Shown here one piece after another: positions 58,631 through 64,000 of a stretch of DNA of 64,000 nucleotides (the first letter of the stretch is position 1; each line of letters opens with the position of its first letter). Position numbers and translations under genes: made by a program. This DNA is from an uncultured delta proteobacterium (GTDB lineage: Bacteria > Myxococcota > Myxococcia > SLRQ01): positions 864,001 to 928,000 of the forward strand of contig CAVSGM010000011.1 in assembly GCA_963727485.1 (NCBI GenBank), given 5' to 3'. The notes beneath the pieces are model-generated. The model saw only the letters and a list, made by a program, of their open reading frames with translations, ran no database searches and was not told where the DNA came from.

Positions 58631-61624
58631 CTAGGGCGTGAGCACGAAGGTGGTGATGCTCTGGGCCGGCAGGCTGGCCACGAAGGCGTTGGTCGCCGTG
58701 AGGCTCGGCGCCGCCACCGAGGTCGGGTTCGCGTTCCCCGCCGTGATCCGCCAGGCCGCGACCTGGCCGTAGGTCGTGGTCCCGGTCACCTGGATCCCGG
58801 CGTTGAGCGCAGCGCTCCCGCGGTTGATGGCCACCACCACCATGCGCGTCGGATCCTGGCTGTCGACGCTGGCGAAGACCGCGGTGTCCGGCACGTCGTC
58901 GGTGTCGGCGTGGACCGAGGTGTCGCCGAAGGCGCCGTCGTTCCCGTCGAAGTTCCGGAACGCCTTGAAGGCCCCGTCGATGAAGCTGTCGTTGGTGCTC
59001 CCCAGGTGCCAGAGGTTCGAGGCGAACACGTTCTCCCGGCCGAGGACCCCGAGGAACGCCGCCTCGGCGATGGCCCCGGAGATGTCGGCACCGCCGCCGT
59101 AGTAGTACTCGCTGAACGAGAGGCGCATCCCCGGGTCGTGGGCGTCGATCTTCGCCTGGAGCCGGGGCAGCAGGTCGATGGCCTGGCCGCCGAGGCTCTG
59201 GGTGATCCAGCTGTTCTCGACGTAGGTCGGATCCCAGAGCGACCGCGGCGCCTGCTCCCGGGCCGCGGCGATGGCCGCCGACGCCGAGTCGCTGGTGATC
59301 CGGGTGCCGCCGCCGGTGGCCTCGGGGTACCAGTGGAGGTCCAGGACGTCCACGAGGCGCCGGCCCTGCTGCTGCTCGGCGGCGTGGACCGAGTCCAGGT
59401 AGAAGTTCAGGAAGTCCCGGCCGCCCGCGTCGGAGGCGTTCTGGAGGTTGACGTAGCCGGCCCACCCGTAGCTCGCCGGCCCGAAGACCTTGGCGTCCGG
59501 GGCCACGTCCTTGATGGCCGAGGCGTAGTCCACCGTCTTCTTCAGGAGCTCCGAGTAGGTCACCGGGTTCGGGTGGATACGCGGATGGGTGTAGGCCCAA
59601 AGGTCCGGCTCGTTGTCGAGGGAGTAGAAGATCTCCTGGGTCGGGTCGCTGTGGGCGCCGGGGAAGGTCTGCTCCAGCCAGGCTACGAACTCGTCCTGGT
59701 AGACCGTGCCGTCGGTGAGGTCCGGCGGGTAGACGAAGGGCGCGTTCTTCCGGGGCACGCTCACGTCGAAGCGCGTCTGGAGGTAGTTCGAGCCCGAGTT
59801 CGCCACGTCCCCGCCGGGGGACTTGTCCGCGGCCACGTAGCCGGTCATGGGCACGGTGACGATCATCGAGACCCCGTCGGCGTGGGCCGAGGCGACGCGG
59901 GTGCTCACCGCCCCACCGGGGGTGCTGCCGCCGCCGAGATAGCCGTCGTTCTCGTTGAGGTAGTCGGTACCCGCGTTGGAGGCGTTGTTCTCCCAGTTGT
60001 ACGCCGACCACCGGTTCCCGCCGGCCCGGCCCAGGGCCAGGTTCATGGGGTTCGAGGACCAGTTGTTCTCGTTGACGCCGTAGATGTACGGGGAGATTGG
60101 GTGCACGTCCCGGGTGGTGTCGATGCTGAAGTGGACGTCGCTCGCACCCGGGTTCCCGGGGGTGACCGTGCCGCCCGTACCGCCGGTGGTGGTGCCGCCG
60201 TCGGTCGTCCCGCCGGTGGTCGTGCCGCCATCGGTCGTCCCGCCGGTGGTCGTGCCGCCGTCGGTCGTCCCGCCGGTGGTCGTGCCGCCATCGGTCGTCC
60301 CGCCGGTGGTCGTGCCGCCATCGGTCGTCCCGCCGGTGGTGCCGCCATCGGTCGTCCCGCCGGTGGTGCCGCCGCCGGTGCCGCCGAGGAGGCTCACGTC
60401 GTCGACGTAGAGGTCACCCTGGGTGCCGCCGGTCGCGGCCTGGAGCCACAAGCCCGTGAGCGTCCCGGAGGTGACGCCGAGGTCGGCGAAGGGCACCTGG
60501 ACCTCGACCCAGCCGTTGGCGGGAATGACGCCGCCGGGGACGAAGGACGCCAGCGGCGCCCGGCCCACGGCGCTGCCGCCCTTCACCGCGACCACGTCGA
60601 CGAGCTGCCCGCCGCTGGTGCCGCCGTCGATCCAGAGGTCCAGGACGGGGTAGGTCGCGACGTCGAAGCCCGTGTCGCGGTGGAGGTAGAGGCCCGCCCA
60701 GCCGCTCGGCGAGAAGCCGATGCCGTCCTGGCCGCCGTGGACCACGGCGGTCTCGGCCAGGTTCCGGGTGGCCCAGCTCCAGTCGGCGAAGCCGTTCTCC
60801 AGCTTGTCGTCGTAGACGTTGAGGGTCGCGGTGGTGCCGCCGGTCGAGCCGCCGGTGCCGCCCGCGGTGCCACCATCGGTCGTGCCCCCGGAGGTGCCGC
60901 CGCCGGTGCCACCGCCCGAGGTGCCGCCCCCGGTCGTCCCGCCGTCGGTGGCGCCGCCGGTGCCGCCGCCACCACCGGACGCGCCGCCCACCGGTACCAG
61001 GGCGAGGTCATCGAGGTACATCGTCGGCTGGTTCCCGCCGGAGGCGTCCTGGAGCCACACCGAGTCGAAGGTCCCCGAGCTCACCCCGAGCGCCGCGAAG
61101 GTCACGTGGGCAAAGGACCAGCAGCCCATCGCGGGCCCGCCCCCGGGGAGGAAGTCGGAGAGCGGCGCCCGGCCGATGGGCTGGCTGTTCTTCACCAGCA
61201 CCACATCGACGCGCTGGCCGCCGCTCACCCCGCCGTCGACCCAGAGGTCGAGGCCGTCGTAGTCGGCGACGTTCAGGGTCTGGCCGCCGTGGAGGTAGAG
61301 GCCGTTCCAGTTGTCGGCCTCGAAGGAGATGGACCGCAGGCCGCCGTGGACGATGTTGGTCTCGGTGAGGCTGTGGGTCGCCCAGCTCCAGTCCTGGAAC
61401 CCGTTCATCAGGGCGTCGCCGTAGATCGCCAGGCCGCCGGACGACGGCGTGGCGCCGCCGGTGCCGCAGGTGCCGACCGTCCCGAGGACCGAACGGCGGC
61501 TCTGGGAAGCGGTGACGGCGGCGTTACCGCCGGAGGTGGAAAAGATGCCCGAAACCGGGCCACAGGCGCTGACTGCGAGGACGCAGAGCACACCAAGGGT
61601 ACAGAGCACGTTGCGCGAAGCCAC
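58631..61624 (-). CDS. GH44 endoglucanase/xyloglucanase lipoprotein with two CBM-like domains and Gly/Thr linkers
   Basis: RAGGNRWSAYNWENNASNAG, YSLDNEPDLW, LDLHWYPE, SEYYYGG; duplicated (I/V)YxD.L.NGF.DWSWA domain; lipobox VSAC; GAGGAG RBS. Confidence 0.88.
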   Translation of the reverse strand: MASRNVLCTLGVLCVLAVSACGPVSGIFSTSGGNAAVTASQSRRSVLGTVGTCGTGGATPSSGGLAIYGDALMNGFQDWSWATHSLTETNIVHGGLRSISFEADNWNGLYLHGGQTLNVADYDGLDLWVDGGVSGGQRVDVVLVKNSQPIGRAPLSDFLPGGGPAMGCWSFAHVTFAALGVSSGTFDSVWLQDASGGNQPTMYLDDLALVPVGGASGGGGGTGGATDGGTTGGGTSGGGTGGGTSGGTTDGGTAGGTGGSTGGTTATLNVYDDKLENGFADWSWATRNLAETAVVHGGQDGIGFSPSGWAGLYLHRDTGFDVATYPVLDLWIDGGTSGGQLVDVVAVKGGSAVGRAPLASFVPGGVIPANGWVEVQVPFADLGVTSGTLTGLWLQAATGGTQGDLYVDDVSLLGGTGGGTTGGTTDGGTTGGTTDGGTTTGGTTDGGTTTGGTTDGGTTTGGTTDGGTTTGGTTDGGTTTGGTGGTVTPGNPGASDVHFSIDTTRDVHPISPYIYGVNENNWSSNPMNLALGRAGGNRWSAYNWENNASNAGTDYLNENDGYLGGGSTPGGAVSTRVASAHADGVSMIVTVPMTGYVAADKSPGGDVANSGSNYLQTRFDVSVPRKNAPFVYPPDLTDGTVYQDEFVAWLEQTFPGAHSDPTQEIFYSLDNEPDLWAYTHPRIHPNPVTYSELLKKTVDYASAIKDVAPDAKVFGPASYGWAGYVNLQNASDAGGRDFLNFYLDSVHAAEQQQGRRLVDVLDLHWYPEATGGGTRITSDSASAAIAAAREQAPRSLWDPTYVENSWITQSLGGQAIDLLPRLQAKIDAHDPGMRLSFSEYYYGGGADISGAIAEAAFLGVLGRENVFASNLWHLGSTNDSFIDGAFKAFRNFDGNDGAFGDTSVHADTDDVPDTAVFASVDSQDPTRMVVVAINRGSAALNAGIQVTGTTTYGQVAAWRITAGNANPTSVAAPSLTATNAFVASLPAQSITTFVLTP
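60181..60375 (-). repeat. 30-bp coding tandem repeat (GGTTDGGTTT; 5 copies plus 27-bp variants)
   Basis: cgccggtggt(c/g)gtgccgcc(a/g)tcggtcgtcc at 60181, 60211, 60241, 60271 and 60301. Confidence 0.92.
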
Positions 61625-61895
61625 GATGCTACTCCTCGTGCGAGGGGGGTCGGAAGCCCGGCGCGCGTTGTGGATGGGGGGAGGCGGCGCCGAGGTGCCG
61701 ACGTCAGATCGGTCCGATGAGCCAACGTACCGGAGGGATCGTCTGGCGCCTTGCCATGACTGCGCACGGTAGCGGTGCGCGCACCGCGAGCGCAATTGGG
61801 TGTCGTGACCCTGAAGTCACGAGTGCGCGGCAGACGCAGAGGCGCCTACCTGCGCGGTGGATGTCGCCTTACACGGCGACGTCGCGCCAGCCCGA

Positions 61896-62300
61896 CTAGA
61901 CCGAGAACGACGAGCCGCAGCCGCAGCTGCGCTTGGCGTTCGGGTTGTGGAACTGGAAGCTCGAGCCCATCAGGCTGGTCTCCCAGTCGAGCTCGGTCCC
62001 CGCGAGGAACTTCAGCGACCGGTTGTCCACGATGACCTTGGCGCCGTGGGCCTCGACCACGAGGTCCTTCCCCTCGCGCACCGAGCCGTCCTTGGCCATC
62101 TCCATGAAGTAGCTGTACCCCGAGCACCCGCCGCCGCGGACGCCGACCCGCAGGCCGACCATGGGCTCGTCGCTCATGGCGATGAGCGACTGGATCTTGG
62201 CGGCGGCGTCCTCGGTGAAGGAGAACGGCGTCGCCGGCGCGTCCGCATCGGTGGCGGTGGCGTCGGCGGGCGAAGGCTGGATGTCCTGGGTGTCGCTCAC
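61896..62300 (-). CDS. iscA: A-type Fe-S carrier (IscA/ErpA/HesB family)
   Basis: GGGCSGYSY, NPNA..CGCGSSF. Confidence 0.9.
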   Translation of the reverse strand: MSDTQDIQPSPADATATDADAPATPFSFTEDAAAKIQSLIAMSDEPMVGLRVGVRGGGCSGYSYFMEMAKDGSVREGKDLVVEAHGAKVIVDNRSLKFLAGTELDWETSLMGSSFQFHNPNAKRSCGCGSSFSV

Positions 62301-62330
62301 GGTGGGCCCATTGTAGGGGCGTCGGAAAAC

Positions 62331-63518
62331 CTATGCCAGCCCGTACCGGGTGGACCGCGCCCGCACCGTCGCCACCGCGTCGACCACCATCCGCCCCACC
62401 GCCTCGACCTCGTCGTCGGTGGTGCCCCGGCCCAGCCCGAAGCGAAGCGACGCGGTGACCAGCTCGTCGGGGAGCCCGAGGGCCCGGAGCACGTGGGAGG
62501 GCTCGGGGGTCGCCGAGGTGCACGCCGAGCCGGCGGACACCGCCACCCCGCGCAGGGCCAGGATCAGCGCCTCGGCGTCGGTGCGCTCGAAGGCGAGGTT
62601 CAGGTTCCCCGGGAGCCGGTGGGTGAGCGACCCGTTCACCCGCACCCCCTCGACGCCCGCCTGGATCACCGCCAGGAGCCGGTCGCGCTGGCGGGTGAGC
62701 CGCGCGGCCTCGGTCTCCCGCGCCGCGGCGGCGAGGTCACAGGCGACCCCGAAGCCCACGATGAGCGGCACCGGGAGCGTCCCCGACCGCCGGCCCCGCT
62801 CGTGCCCCCCGCCGTGCATCTGGATCGCCAGGCGCACCCGCGGCCCCCGCCGGCGCACGTAGAGGGCCCCCACGCCCTTGGGCCCGTAGAGCTTGTGGGC
62901 GCTCACCGACGCCAGGTCCACCCGCATCGCCTCCACGTCGAAGGGCACCTTCCCGGCGCTCTGCACCGCGTCGGTGTGCAGGTAGACCCCCCGGGCCCGG
63001 CAGGCGGCGCCGATGGCGGCGAGGTCGGTCACCGTGCCGATCTCGTTGTTGGCGTGCATCACCGAGACCAGGGCGGTGTCGTCGCGGATCGCCGCCGCGA
63101 CCGCCTCGGGGTCGACCCGGCCGTCGCCGCCCACCGGCAGCCAGGTCACCTCGGCCTTCCCGGTGGCCTCGAGGTACCGGGCCGTGTCCCTTACCGAGGC
63201 GTGCTCGGTCACCGCGGTCACCAGGTGCCGCTTGCCGAGGGCCGCCATCGCCTCCAGGACCCCCTTGAGGGCCAGGTTGTTGGCCTCGGTGGCCCCGCTG
63301 GTGAACACCAGCTCCCGGGGCGACGCCGCCCCCACCAGGGCCGCCACCTGCCTGCGGGCCGCCTCCACCGCCTCCTCGGCGTCCCACCCGTAGCGGTGGG
63401 TCCGGCTGGCGGCGTTGCCGAAGCGCTCGGCAAACCAGGGCACCATGGCCGCCACCACCCGCGCGTCGCAGGGCGTGGTGGCCTGATGGTCCATATAGAT
63501 AGGAAGGTCCGCGGCCAT
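62331..63518 (-). CDS. iscS: IscS/NifS-type cysteine desulfurase
   Basis: [42 protein letters not shown] (type I). Confidence 0.93.
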   Translation of the reverse strand: MAADLPIYMDHQATTPCDARVVAAMVPWFAERFGNAASRTHRYGWDAEEAVEAARRQVAALVGAASPRELVFTSGATEANNLALKGVLEAMAALGKRHLVTAVTEHASVRDTARYLEATGKAEVTWLPVGGDGRVDPEAVAAAIRDDTALVSVMHANNEIGTVTDLAAIGAACRARGVYLHTDAVQSAGKVPFDVEAMRVDLASVSAHKLYGPKGVGALYVRRRGPRVRLAIQMHGGGHERGRRSGTLPVPLIVGFGVACDLAAAARETEAARLTRQRDRLLAVIQAGVEGVRVNGSLTHRLPGNLNLAFERTDAEALILALRGVAVSAGSACTSATPEPSHVLRALGLPDELVTASLRFGLGRGTTDDEVEAVGRMVVDAVATVRARSTRYGLA

Positions 63519-63610
63519 GTAACCGGGACAATGTGGCGGCCGAAGCGGAATCTTGCAATCCGCCGGGCGTTCCAGGTACCAGCAACCAGCCCCTCCACCG
63601 CAGGCGACCC

Positions 63611-64000
63611 ATGCGCAAGACAGCCCTCGTGATCCTCGGTGCCGTCCTCGTCTTCCTCGGCATCGTCTACGTCCCCCACCTCGTCGGCGGCACCGGCCCC
63701 ACCGGCGCCGGCCTCGACTTCCAGGCGGCCATCGCCAAGAGCCTGCCGCTGGCCCTCGGCGTGGTGTTCGTGGGCGGGATCCTCACCAGCCTCACCCCCT
63801 GCGTCTACCCGCTCATCCCCATCACCGTGAGCATCTTCGGGGCGCGCCAGGGCGTCAGCCGCCTCAAGGGCGCCGCCCTCTCCAGCGTCTACGTCCTGGG
63901 GATGGCGGTGATGTACACGGGCCTGGGCATCGGCGCGGCGCTCACCGGCAAGGCCTTCGGCCACGTGATGGCCAACCCCTGGGTCATCGGCACGGTGGCC
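63611..64000 (+). CDS. dsbD: DsbD/CcdA-type thiol-disulfide transporter, N-terminal part (runs off the window)
   Basis: My translation from ATG 63611: ...[23 protein letters not shown]...[13 protein letters not shown]. Confidence 0.85.
   Translation, partial: MRKTALVILGAVLVFLGIVYVPHLVGGTGPTGAGLDFQAAIAKSLPLALGVVFVGGILTSLTPCVYPLIPITVSIFGARQGVSRLKGAALSSVYVLGMAVMYTGLGIGAALTGKAFGHVMANPWVIGTVA

Noticed and set aside
60181..60375. 30-bp repeats (and the 33-bp and 42-bp repeats at 6.3-7.2 kb) as a CRISPR array
   Set aside because: They are head-to-tail with no spacers, lengths are multiples of three inside CDSs, and no cas genes are present.
61803..61822. TCGTGAC-N6-GTCACGA palindrome upstream of the GH44 gene as a CRP site
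   Set aside because: The GTGA-TCAC spacing is 8, not 6. It is a single short hairpin that could be a terminator or operator but cannot be assigned.

Overview
A very GC-rich (roughly 75% by eye), gene-dense bacterial chromosomal segment. Its gene content (PEGA and kelch lipoproteins, DUF4388, Ser/Thr kinase, carboxypeptidase-regulatory/PDZ protein) suggests Myxococcota or another deltaproteobacterial lineage; this is an inference. Left part: a tdk-upp-hpt salvage operon with a GAF-GGEEF cyclase, a methyltransferase-like/giant coiled-coil protein, a GlmL-like ASKHA gene with a partner, a Ser/Thr kinase, dapF with two signalling genes, two orphan histidine kinases with an M16 peptidase, PEGA/kelch surface proteins and tRNA-Leu(CAG). 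Right part: gltB, an S53 peptidase, an L,D-transpeptidase-sulfotransferase-TyrRS-like operon, a full Rrf2-sufBCDSUT operon, three paralogous Cys-rich modular lipoproteins, a squalene synthase, a TetR/SDR pair with visible operators, a GH44 glycanase, iscA/iscS and a partial dsbD. No CRISPR array, rRNA, transposase or integrase was seen. Many genes carry frameshifts that look like long-read errors, and many of the clean +1 shifts fall in or beside GATC, hinting at a DNA modification at that motif. The best candidate for a new system is a TyrRS/TrpRS catalytic-domain paralogue that keeps tyrosine-pocket residues, lacks HIGH/KMSKS, and is translationally coupled to a PAPS-dependent sulfotransferase (41216-43077). 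All family calls come from motif recognition by eye; no database was searched.
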